From contig JAYWIR010000013.1 of the NCBI GenBank assembly GCA_036172245.1, positions 2,728,001 through 2,792,000 on the forward strand: 64,000 nucleotides of DNA, in the 5' to 3' direction. This DNA is from Raillietiella orientalis (lineage: Eukaryota). Of the stretch, positions 51,201 to 63,089 are shown one piece after another. Position numbers and translations under genes: made by a program. The notes beneath the pieces are model-generated. The model had not been told where the DNA came from. It did no database searches and saw only the letters and a program-made list of their open reading frames with translations. Each line of letters opens with the position of its first letter. Within the stretch, counting starts at the first letter, position 1.

Positions 51201-52856
51201 GAAGAACGGCGCCAGCCCCCAGAAGTCACCACCTGGGCTACCAGCCAGCGGTTCTTCTGCAAAGAGCGGGGCGATCCCCCGCGTTCCCAGGAGCTCCAAG
51301 GAAAGGGCTAGTCAAAAATAAACAAATAGGAAGAGAGAAGAACGGGGAAGTGAGAAGCCTCAATAGTTCGGGTGCGTTCCGGGAGGAGGCACCTTCCCCT
51401 TTCCAAAACGCGCCGGAAAACGAAGACACAGGCGACCTTCCCCAACAGAGGTGGCAAAAGCTCTCTCTCTCTTGACCACCGCCGCTGCGGTTCACAGGGA
51501 GGGAACTTTGGACGCGGTTTGGGAATGCAGGAACGGCCCACGCGGGAGTCGGAAAATTTTCCGGGAGCCCTCGATCCTCCCAAAGGTTGGATCTCTCTCT
51601 CTCTCCTGGGGGCAAAGTCGGCTGGCGTGTCTCCCGAGATGCGCTTCCCGCCCCCCTTGGTCACGCGGCTCTCCCCAGTGGTCAGCTGGAGGTTTGACCT
51701 GGAGCGCGTCGATCGCGGCGCCTCCTCCCTCCCTCCCGAAGGTCCGTCGCTGCTCACAGGGCTCGAAGAGAGGTGCCTCGTGTTCGGGACACCCAGCACG
51801 AGAGCCTCCTCGCGTCCGCCCCTTTTTTTGTCCTTGGAAACTTCCTGGTCGGCTCGCCGACATGCTGCCGGGTTCCACGGTAAGCGGGGGATTGAGGCCA
51901 CTCCCCCTTCCCTCCTGCCTTTCCGGATATTCCCTCGAACCCTTTCGCGAGGGAGCGGAGGTGCGCGAAGGGTTCGCTCCTGCGGTTGCTCTAAGGAGAA
52001 TCCGCGAAACCCCGCGACCTTCCGACTGCGAGGACTCCTTTATTCACGGAAGATGCGGCGGATCCCGCCGGGCGCCGACCGCCGGTTCCCCGGCAGCAGG
52101 TCGGCGCCGCGCCGCCTGTCGCCGGATGCGCCCGGAGATGGCAGATGATCTCGCGAGCAGAGATGAACGGAGGACCGGGACTGGGCGAGGGGCGTTCCTG
52201 CGTTGAGGGTAGTATGGGGAGGAGGGGAGGAGGAAGGGACGCCCTTTCGATCCCCGAGCTTGCTGGAAGCCTCCGGGTGGATTCCTTTCTCGTAGGGACG
52301 CTTCCGGGCCTCGCGCCAGTTGCTCGGGTAACGATCGGCGACCGCCGAGCTGGGGAAGGGGGGGAGGAAACACTGTGACGGCGTGCTCTTCCCGGAAGTG
52401 TGGAACGGGAGAGCATTCCTGCAATGAATGCGCGTGCGTTTTCTCCTGGAGCTCGCGCGCGTTCCCAGAGGAAGAGGCGCGGCGAGGAGAATGGGAAGCA
52501 GAGGTTTGCAGGTCTTCTCGGACTCCCGATTTCCAGAGTTCCCCAGGGCGCTAGAGCGACCGCGGGTCGCCCCCGCCTTCCTGAGGAGGAGAAAAGGCGC
52601 TTCGGACTCCGGGTCTCCCTCGTCCGGTCCCTTTTCCGGGGATTTCGGGGGAGCTCCAGGAGATGGGATCAAGGGATGAGGGCGAGGCGGCGTCGGCGGG
52701 GGCTCGTCTTGGTCTCACCCAAACGTGCGGCAGGGCGGTGCTCCTGGACGAATGGCGACGCGCGCGTCCACCCTTTTGTTTCTTGTTCTGAAGTTTTTTA
52801 GCTTGGAGGACTCACCGACGCACGGGTAAGCGGCAAGGAATTGTTTGCAAGGGTGG

Positions 52857-53900
52857 TGGTTCATCACCCAGATTTTCCGGGACATTAATTATTATAGAGA
52901 TAACAAAAGTACATAACAATTGCCGTGTGATGAACCACTCGGTTCACCATGTCCTTCCAACTTGTCGGTCGCCCGCCTGTGGACCGGAGAGGTCCGTTTC
53001 CGCGGTGGAGGGGAAGGAGGACCACAAACAAAAGGAAACCAAAAAAAGAGAGAGAAAAAGAAAGGAGGGAGATATTTCTTGGGGAGGGGAGGGCGGGGGA
53101 GGGATCACCATTCTCTGGGAAACGTCCTCTGCCTCCTTTCCAGGATGCTGACAAGTTGCGTCCTCACGTTGCCCAGATGGGGCCATCTGAATGCGGTCCT
53201 CGAAAATATCCACTCACGGTGATGCCGTTCCTGCCACTGTGGCCTCTTCTCGTTGCGTCACAGGCCGCCACGATTCCGCGCGGATGCAACAGAGAACCGC
53301 TGCTGAGGTCGCGGAAGGGAGCAGAGCAGCACACATGAAGAAGCGCCCCTCAAAACGTCCCCGGACCGCTTTCGGGAATATATAGGATCGTCGACAGACG
53401 ATCCCAGAGAGATCGAAGGACGGCACGGTCGGCGTACCTTTCTCAGCGGGCATCAACGCTCCTCCGTGTCCAATGATGGAGGCGTGCCTTGCAAGGGATT
53501 CCCCCGTGCGAGACCAGCAACGCCACCTCCTGCATTTCATAGGGAGGGTGCTCCTGTCCCAGAACGTTGGAAGCCACTTCACCTCCCCGGAGATGTCGCG
53601 AGCAGCTCGCCCCAGAGTCCTTTTGGCCGTACACTCAGGGTCGCAGCGTCCACTGGCTGCCGAGTTGTCCACGAGCTTGGATACGGCAGGACTCTTCTCG
53701 CTTTGCCGGTTCACAGGGGTGGAGGGGCGGAGAGGATACATGAAATAAATGACTGGGGTAGCCAAGGAGTCGGCGACACAGGAATCGCTGCAACTCCCCC
53801 ACAGCCTTCGCCGGATCCACGTTAACGGCTTCCGTGCCCAGAAAAGAGGGCCATCTGCGGGCCTTCCCCGGGAAGGAGGCAGCGACATAGGTGGCACCCA
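52857..53900 (-). mobile_element. LINE 3' fragment
   Basis: QEVALLVSHGGIPCKARLHHW; terminal CCCGG-AAAAT-CTGGGTGATGAACC. Confidence 0.75.
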
Positions 53901-54049
53901 TTGGAGCAGGTGCGTGCTCCACCGGGCGACGGGACCTCTACGAACGCCACCCACCCGTCGGGGAGAGCAGGCGAGAGACCGCGAGGAACAGATCCGGATC
54001 TTCAGGACGCAGGAGCGCTGGAAGCCGGCCGCCCCGGCAACTGGCGGAG

Positions 54050-54770
54050 AACAGTGGCACTAGTAGCAAAAACACAGACGCTTGCCACTCTCCACCTCCC
54101 CAAGGCATCTGTCCTCTCGCTACTAATAGCCCACCTGTGTATCTCCTACCACCCCATAAACTGGAATGCCTGGAGGCAGGAGGCGCTGGAGCCCTGGTTG
54201 CCGCTCTGGAATGCGCCCCGAGGAACCGCGACCGCTGGGAGATGTACTGCAGGACTGGACGCAGTGGTCCCAGGCAGCCGACGCAGCGATGTCTGCCCTC
54301 AGGGTAAGAAATGACAGCAGACAACCGGCGGAGTGGGGAAGGGGGGTTGTTTCTCAAGACGGGAGGGGACGAGAAACCCCTGGACGGTTGCAAGACGAGC
54401 GGGCGGGTGGGTTGGTGGACGGTGCCTCTCCCCGTTCCCGGACGAAGGGACTCCTTCGACCTGCTCCGCGTACCCTCCCTTCATGAAGTACGTGCGGTCC
54501 CTTCCCCTGTGTACGGACGCCCGCGTGTTCCCGCTCCGGATGGTCTGCTGCTTCCGATCTGGGGGTCATGGCGCGATCAGCGCAGGGACTCCCGCTTTCC
54601 CGGGGAGCTGCCCACCCGAACCGTGCGAGATTAGACTGCGGTACCCTGCACGACTTGCGGCGGAGACTCGCTCCGGAGCTCCATCAACCCAGAGGGCACC
54701 GCCGCGGACTTCTCCACCGGAGACGGGCTGAAGGAGGGCGCTGTGATGGAGCCAAAACGCCCACCGAATC
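54050..54770 (+). mobile_element. Decayed LINE ORF2 fragment
   Basis: HPINWNAWRQEALEPW, LDCGTLHDL and GLKEGAV blocks. Confidence 0.65.
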
Positions 54771-54789
54771 CAATTATCACAACTAAAAA

Positions 54790-55050
54790 AAAGGAGGGAG
54801 GACCTGCGAGGTCCATCACGTCCGCGAAGGGGAAGGAAGGAATGAAACAAAAACAGAAAAAACGGAAGCAAACAAGAAAAACTAACCAAAAAAAATGAGT
54901 TGGGGAGGGGGAAGGGGAGGGATCCCATTTCGTGGTGGGTGAGGCATTCCTTGTCTGCATCCGTTGAAGGATACCGGCGAGCTCCTCCTCCTTCCTTCCC
55001 AGGTGGGACGACCACCTCGACGCTATCCGCCGGAAGCGGATGGCGTGCAG
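54790..55050 (-). mobile_element. LINE 3' UTR fragment
   Basis: Purine tract and CCAGGTGGG..CGCTATCC..GGATGGC resemble 43440-43645. Confidence 0.5.
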
Positions 55051-55059
55051 GACAGCCCC

Positions 55060-55678
55060 TCCCACGCTCCGACCTCTCTCGTCGCCTCGCACTTGGCCGC
55101 GATGACACGTCGCACGCAGCACAGAGCGCTGCGACTGTGGCTGCGGGCGAACTCGTGGCGTCCCGCGCGAACGGGGGCCTCGCAGAGTCTCTGGGGCCGT
55201 GCACGGGGTGCGGAAGGGACGCGGAGAAACGTTCCCCGGAGGGCGCTGTGATCCGGAGCAACGATCGGTTGCATCGGCGCCACGGTGGCGGCCCGCCGTT
55301 CACCTCGGTCGCGTTCGCAGCGAACGGGGGTCGCCAGCGCGCGGCAGCCGCCCTCCTCTCCCACAGGGAGTCGCCACCGTACCGAGCCGCTTCCAGGAAG
55401 GAAGGAGCGTGTTGAACTAAAGATCCCTGTCCCCACCCTCCCGTCTTTTCATTTCTTTCTTTATCGCCACCTCCCTCCACTTTGCCTTATGGAAGACGAC
55501 GGCCTGCGTACCGGTGGTCATCTCCGATGAACCTTTTTTTTGTTTTCTAGGGGGGGAGGGGAGAAGCATTTCGTGTGTTTGAGGGGTACTCTCACTCTTC
55601 TTGTCCTCCGACTTGCTGTTTGTTTGTTTGTTTTAAAAAAAAAAAAAAGAAACGTCCCGGCGCCACCGGGTTGAAGCC
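55060..55678 (+). mobile_element. LINE 3' fragment
   Basis: GGGCGCTGTGATC block, UTR motif at 55491-55533, terminal hairpin CCCGG-CGCCA-CCGGG at 55656-55670. Confidence 0.8.
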
Positions 55679-55764
55679 GAATTTCGAGGCGAATCCGTCG
55701 CGGCCCGCCCGCTGCGCCTCGGAACGAAGGCCGCGAGCCGCCGGCCAGGGCTGTCGGCCAGCTG

Positions 55765-56098
55765 TCGCTCTGCCCCTTTTTATCCGATGCCCGCCTCTCC
55801 GAGGAGGTGGAGGACGGCTCCCGGATGTCTCCCCCCCGCCTTCCCTTCCGGCGGGTCGTCCTCGCCTCGTCCCACGCTGAAGATCCTTTCCAGGCACGAA
55901 GGAGCGGTTCGGTTCGAAGGAGGCGCGGATCGCTGGTGGCCAGGCGAATCGGAACGCAGGCCCCGGATGGATGGGAAGAGGGACCGGAAGGAAGGGGGGA
56001 CGTTGGCCTCGCCTCCCCTCTTCCAGCAGCGCGATCGCCGGTCCCCTCCCGGTGGGGTTTCCTCGACCAGTCCTCCCCTCTCCCTCGAAGAGGAGGCT
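55765..56098. repeat. Near-identical direct duplication of 1-334
   Basis: See the feature at 1-334. Confidence 0.95.
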
Positions 56099-59000
56099 CC
56101 GGAGAGTGTCGCATGCGCCTCGCCCTCTCTTTGGTGAAACGGACGCCCACCCCCGCGGCTGCAGGCGGTGCCGAGCGCCTCCGTCCTTGGAATCAAGTGA
56201 TCTGCTCTTGCCGTGCTTCAGAGTGCCGGCGACCATTCCCATCTTCGGGAGGGAGGGCGGCCTTTCTCGACCACGCCTTCGCAAAAACGCAAGCGCCTCG
56301 GAGCTGCGGCGCCGCTCCCGTGAGGAAACTCCCAGAGCGAGATGGCATTGCAGCCGCTCATCTTGCTTTCCCCTTCCAGGGGGACCTCTCTGCGCCAGCT
56401 CGAACCGAATCTCCCGAGGCGTTCCCAAGACAACGGATTCCCGCACCAGGTCCGGCCGGCTGCTGTTCTCGAGACTGTGTGGCTCTCGGGTTCTCCCTCC
56501 TCGGAGTCTGGAGAAACTCTTTTTGGCTGGTGAATTATCGGCGTGTTTCTACTCGTAAAGCAGGGTCGTTTGATAAAAACTCTGGGCATAAAAAAGTCGC
56601 ATCAACTGCCGGAGGAGGGTGGGTGGGGGGGAGTGCATCGCTTTCGGAAAAGTCAGAAGTCAACCACCATAAAAAATAATCCGTGTGCATTCGCACATTC
56701 AAGTCGAGCGACGCCACCTATTCGCCTGTCGTCAGTGACGTCAGCCATTAAAGAAAGGAAAAAAGGCAATCGAGCCGTTTCGATAGCTCTCTCAACCTTC
56801 ACTTTGTTTGGGAATGGAAACGCCAAACGGAGAAGGAATATCAGAAATCGCGTTGGAAGGCGCAGAGGAAGTTGGGCGGGGTGAATGCCTCCCCCCCTCT
56901 CCTCCCCGTGCATCGTAATTTTAGCCCGAACCTCCAAACTTTCTCTTGGAAGTTTGGAAGCTCTCTCTCTCTCTCTCTCTCTCTCTCATCGAAAATTTTA
57001 TCATGAAGGAACGCCAGGAAGTTCCCGTTTTCGGGAGAGCGCGTTCGTTTCTGGGAAGGTTTCCCTGGAGATCACTTTCGGTTTCTCAGGTGACGTCAGG
57101 AGCGACCAGTTCGGGGGAAAATGAAAAAGAAAAAAAAAAGGCACAAAGAAGCTGTGCGGGCGAATTATTTGGAGAAACGGCGTTGCAGTAAATGATGAGG
57201 TTGGAGGCACAGTAAGCAAAAATCAGACGAAGGGTAGGCCTTGCGGAGGGCGGGGGCGGGAGGGGGGGAAAGGAAGAAAAGGAAGAAGAAGAAGAGAGGA
57301 AAAAAAAAAAAAAAAAATTCCCGGGGAAATCCGACGACGTTTTCGAGCGAAGACGAAGTGAAAGCTCGCGGGCGAAAAAGCCGTTCCCCCCCGACCACGC
57401 GGAAGGAGCTCGCGTGCAGCATCAGCACCAGCAGATCTCGGAGTTTGAACCCCCGGAAAATTGGTAATCCGATCAGAGATGAGAGAGCGGCGCGCGCGCA
57501 CTGTCCTCCGCGCTCACCCGCCGCAAGGAGTCCTCGGCCGAAAATTCGGGAAGGCACGCGAGCGGAGGAACGGCCGGACGGAACGTTTCGAAACGCAATC
57601 GGAAAGAGTCCCGCGGAAGACAGGCGACTTCCCCCCCCCCCGCCAGATCAAAGACGGAAACATGCAAATAGGGAGCAAAATGAGGAGCGTGGGACCGGAA
57701 CGCTCACGCTCGATCGTATCGGGAGGGAAGCGGGGGGGAGGGGACCTCTCTTGCAAGAAGGAAGGAATCCCAAGAGGGAAACGTTGGTTGGTTGCTCGCA
57801 GTCGGGCGGAGGAGAAATTTATTGATCACGAACGCGGTAATAATCCAAAGATCACTTTCGTTCCGCTCTCGTCGCGTCTGAGAGAGTCGAACGACTCGCG
57901 GCTGAGGCAGCGCGCAACGGCGCCGAGGCCCTCAGAGAGTGGCGCGCAGCAGATGGAGGAGAACGGCTCAACCCCTCCGACGCACCGACGGTCGCCGTCG
58001 GAAACCCAAGACGTCGGCAGCGCGGAACAGCGATAAGGCATCGGGAAAAGAGGCTCGCCAGCGGGAGCGAGATGGAGGATGTTCGGTCGGAAGAGCCTCG
58101 AGGGCATATGGCAGGCGGGCTTGGATGGTGGTGCAAGAGCGGCCGCGGACGCGCAGGCTCCGAGCTCGCGCGTGCCGCGGCTGCGAACGCGCACGCGTGA
58201 AGCGTTGGTACGTATGCCGGGATGGAACTCACCTCGCTGGAATCCGCGGATCCATCCCTCTCCGTGGCGCTCGCCGAGCAGCCGCGGCTTTCGCAAGTGC
58301 CGGAAGGGAGAAGTCAGCTGCCGCTTCCTCTTGCGTCCGAGCGCGGCAGATGCACGCTCCGCGCGCTGCACCCACCCTCCCGGCGGAAGGACAGGTCTTC
58401 GGCAAGGGATGATGTCGGTGCTCCTTCCCGTCGCCTGGCCTTCGCTCAAAGACGCGCGCCGCTTCCGATTCGAAATCAGGCGCCAGTGCGTGAGTTCCTC
58501 CGCAGATGGAGGATGCTGAGGCAGGGAGGGGGGTGGGTGGGGCGGAACTCTGCTGTTTCCGACCAAGGGTCGCGGCGGCGGCGGCAGCAGCAGCAGCAGC
58601 AGCTCCCGCGCGTGCTGCCGGAAGCTTCCAGGCTCCCGTCAAGGAAAAAAAAACGCTCCGCCGAACCGATCGACCTTTGAAAAAGTCCGGAGGAAACCGT
58701 GGAAACCCTGGCGGAACGCTGCCGGCCGGAATTCTTCGGCAGCCACGAGGGAACGGAGCCCCAGCAGGGAAAAGAAAAAGATATTTTTTCCTTTCTTGCT
58801 GGAGTTGTGAGTCGGTTCGAGTTCCGGTGGGTCTTCCCCCACCCCACCCCCCTCACCGGCGGGTCCCTCCCTTTGAATGATTTCCAACAACTTTGCGTTT
58901 TCCTGTTGCCATCCGGAACTTCGAAGAAGTAACACAAACGGATCCATCCAACGTTGCTGTTAACCAATTCGGTCGCGAGCCGATCGCGCGGCCCTGTTGC

Positions 59001-59449
59001 CATGCCCTCGCATCCCGACCCGAATCTCCCGCGAAATCTCTTGCGGGCGCCGGATCTTCCGCGCGTTCCGACCTCCGAGAGTTCAACCGTGACCCGCCTC
59101 TCCTTTTCCCGAAGACGAAAGTGCTTTTTCCTCTTTCCCTCTCGACGAGGAAAAAATCGTTCCATCACACTTTGACAAGAAAACTAGCGAATTCCCCATT
59201 ATCTTCCGCGTCCTTTCCCAAATGTGGGAAATTAAGGATAATCGATACCACGTGCGGGAATGAATTCTGCAAGCGTACCAAACCTGGTAGGTGTTTTTTT
59301 TTTGGGGGGGGGGGGGGAAGGGGGGATGGAGGTTCGCGGCACAATGCAGACGCCTTATGGAAGATGACAATTACGACCGTTTTCGAGCGCCTTTCTTTTC
59401 GTTGCGAGATGTGACTGTCGCGCAAACAGCGTCCGCGGTCCTCATCGCC

Positions 59450-60400
59450 GATCCGGACCGCTGAGGATTTCATCAGCCAAGAGGAGGCGCACGCGTTGAC
59501 CGCTTCGTTCCATCGCTTTTGCCATTGCGGTGGCGGGACGTCGAGGACGCCTTGGTCAGCAGCGGAAGCCCTGAACGCTCAAGCGGCTGCTACGGAGAGC
59601 AGTCGGAGCTTCAGACTTTCATCCTCTGCCGGTCTCTCGTGGGCGCGAACCTCCAGATGAATACACCTTTCGGGCGATGCATCTTTGCCCAGCGCGTGAT
59701 CCCCCTCGGGACGCATTCCTTAGCAGGGCAACCTTCCTTAGATGGCTTTGGGTGACCGCCTGCCGAATCTGACCGTGGTTTGTCGGGTGGGCGCTCTTGA
59801 GCTTCGGAAAGTGATGTTTCCGCGATCGCTCGGTTCGCTCTCTCTTCCTCCTCCTCCACGCGTGCGGCTGCCGGGGAAGAGTGATGGCGTTTCGCAACGT
59901 CGTTTGGCAACGCCGTTTCCTTCTCTTCCGGTACTCAGAGGCTTCGCCTGGCTCAGAATTCCCACTTCTTTTGGAATTTCCGCCACCAATTTTTGGTTTC
60001 GTTCCGTTGTCTTTTGTTCCGGAGGCAGGATGTTTACAACTCCGATTTCAGCCATCTGCCTTTTGTGTTCTTCCACTTCTCCGATTCGCGGGAATGCCAA
60101 AGCCTCGTAACTGCAGAGGAGGGACGGTGCGAAGGCACCGTCTCTGTTGCTAGCCGTGGCTCGAAATTCCATCTGCTCCCCGTGCCAAGAGCGAGAGCGG
60201 GCTGGAAGAGCGAAAAGTAGTGCGAGGTCGTTGCCCCAGGTCGAATTTTCAATCCGACCCAATTAAGAAATTGCAAAGTACAGCCCGCCCCATGTTTTTC
60301 AAGTATGGCTGCTAATCGACTCAGCAGCTCCGCTACGTCAGATTGGAAAACCTCGTTAATGTCGCCGTTCGGGCTGATGCCAAGCCAAGGTCCGCATGCG
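59450..60400 (-). pseudogene. Coding-like fragment of an unidentified gene
   Basis: Protein-like peptides DINEVFQSDVAELLSRLAAILEK and IGEVEEHKRQMAEIGVVNILPPEQK in two different frames. Confidence 0.25.
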
Positions 60401-61500
60401 CAGACCTTGGCTTCGCCCCGCGTGCCTCCTTCGAGGCAAACCCGACGCGGAAGGCGCTTCAGGGGCAAAAGGGGTCTGCGCGTTCTGGGGACGAAAGGCG
60501 AACGCCTTTGATCGCCGAAAACCTCCGGCTCTCTACCGAATTTCCGGATGCTGCTGGTCCTCCTGCTGAACGCCGAGACCGCGCGGTAAGAGGGATCCCC
60601 CCTTGCGGGAGCAAGGGAAGCAAAAGAAGCGGACATCTTCCGGGACTTGCCGAGCCTTTATCCGCCGTGCGTCTCCGACAGCAGCCTCCTCTTTTCGGGA
60701 AAGGGCAAGCTGGTCTCGAGTTCCTCTCCTGGCGTGCCGTTCATCTCGCAAGGACTAAGGCCTTCCTTCCGCCGCAACACCTGAGCTCCCAACATCGCGA
60801 GGGGACTCCTTCGGTGGAGCGAACACTTGAGTGTGGCCCCCGAAGAACTTGTGGTCCCTCCCTCCTGTCTGAACACTTCTGTGTTCCCCCTTTCATGGAA
60901 GCAGGACGGCATCATGCTGGTCCAACCAGCGGACGAACCGTGTTTCCGGGGGGAGCTGTCTCCCCGAACTGTAAACGGTGCGGGGACGTGGAAACGCTCC
61001 CGCACCTGCTCCTGGACTGCGGTGTCCTCCAAGGACTTTGGCGGAGGCTGGCCTCAGCTCTCCTGCACCAGGGGAACACCGCGAGGGAGTTGATGCGCCG
61101 CTTCTTCACGCCAGGCGGCCTGTCCTTAGGTGCGGTGCTCGCAACGGTGTGTTGCACCCGCGGCATCGACAAGGCCCACCGAGAGTTGGAGAAGCTGGCC
61201 ATCCTTCGTCAGCCCACCGGATTAGCCAGCGCGAACATGGCGTCGGCTGCCGAGTGGACCCATCTTCCGGAAAGGAACGGCCCACACCAAAGACCGTTGT
61301 CCCCTCCCCTCCCCACATCTTTATTTCTATTTTTTTATATGTGTATTTGTGGTCGCCTCCCTCCCGTTCCGGACTGTCGGCATACCGACCTGCGTGTCGG
61401 GGATCCCACCCCCCTTCGTCTCTTCTGTGTCCTTTGTCGGGGAACTCTGTTCCTGGATAATTTCGAAATATACGCCCCGGTGCACCCGGGTGAGAAACAC
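60400..61500 (+). mobile_element. L1/Tx1-like LINE 3' fragment with the best-preserved zinc finger
   Basis: SPNCKRCGDVETLPHLLLDCGVLQGLWRRLA; hairpins at 61385-61400 and 61476-61490. Confidence 0.9.
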
Positions 61501-63089
61501 CTGAGCTCCCTGGGGAACAAGAAGAAACTTAGAGCAGATTCCAAGTCCCGGAGAACGCATCAACGGAAAGCGGGGACGTACATCCTTTTCTTCCTATCAG
61601 AACAAATTTCCAGGGGAGCGCCTCTTTTCTTTTCTTTTATTCCCCCCCTCCGCCTCTTCAGTGGCAACGTTTCCCCCGTCCCCCCCCCCCCCCGTTTTGA
61701 ATTTTACTGTGGCAACTGCTTGGAGCATACTTTGCTCCTTAGTGAATCATCAGATATGCATTATCTGCAGAGCTGAATCCTGCGCTGCGTATCCCAGCCT
61801 TCCACCAGCCTCCCGCTTTCCACAACTGCAAATACTGCAATCTTATCTGCGGGCCGAATGAAACTGAGGATGCGCTTCCCGGGTGGATCGGCAAAAATAA
61901 AATGAAATGAAGGGATTCGGCTGCTCGCTTTCCCGTCAGGTGCTCCGGGAACGCGAGACGAGCTCGGAGCGTTCCCGTTTTGAATGGGAACCGTTCGCGC
62001 AAGCGCACCACTCCGGAACGGTTCGGAATGGGATGAGCGCGCGCTGTTCACCAGCATCGGTGGCACCCACCAGCAGCTGCCATTCCTGTCGTCAGAGTCT
62101 TCCAGCATCAGTAGCGCTTTGGCAATAAATTCAATCCGGAACGAAAATAAAAATAAAAATGCCTTAACTTAACGTGAAAAATCCGGATCCAAAGAGGAAA
62201 GAAATCAACAGATGACGGAGCCACGGAGATGTTGCCCAGCGGCTGCGGCTGCTGCGCGTCGCGCGCGCTTTGTTTGCCGAGAGCCCCGCCCGCCTGCAAA
62301 AAGAGTGGTTGGGTTGGTGAGGAGGAGGAAACGTTCGCGCTCTCCTTTTGCAGATGCATCCATGCAAATTGCTAGGAGCTCATCTCCGGGTTTCAGCACG
62401 TCGGAGGCGCTCCGAACGGTAAGATTTCCGGAACTCGTAAATTTCTTCCCCGATGCCGAGAAATCAATAAAAATCGGAATTTAACACTCCGGATCTGAGG
62501 ATGTAAGCCGTGCTCTCAATCCGCTCGGTTCACCTGAACTCCCCTGCTGGAAACCGTCGAGCGCATTTAATTTTTTATTTTTATTTTTTCCTCTCCTGAG
62601 ATGATGGCTGAAACAAATCACGCGAACCGACGACTGCCATCGACGGGGCTGCTGCTCCGCGATGCGGAAAGGGTTACGGTTCCCAATAGATTCCATGTGC
62701 GAGTGCCCACATAACTCAGCGACGCGCTCCCCACGATCCGCGTAATACAAGAGTAATCATGGAGCCGCTTAACTGCAAGAATAATTAACAGATTGCACCG
62801 TGAGGATGTTTTACGCGTCCACACATCCGATTGCCTCGCAGGTACTTTGGCAACGAGAGAGAGAAAGATGCATGGATGGATGCTGCGCTGCCGTTTCGGC
62901 TCCTTCAAGAGGTACCGCAGTATTCCTCCGAGAACGTGTTCCCAGCACGTGAGGATGCGGTTGCCGGGCTGCGAACCCGGCGGCGCGTTTGCACACGCAC
63001 GTTGACTCGTTCGTGCAACAGACTGATCTCTGGAAGGGGGGGGGGGGGGGGGGAGGGGGATGAAAACGTAAGGATCGTTTTCGTGTGCG

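Noticed and set aside
51500..52700. Additional minus-strand RT N-terminal remnant
   Set aside because: The motif resemblance (KGPD.., CKPLLPILL) is too weak to call by eye.
60343..61776. Longest ORF (477 aa) as a real gene
   Set aside because: Only the middle part is in the LINE ORF2 frame. The rest is out-of-frame LINE sequence and read-through of the UTR.
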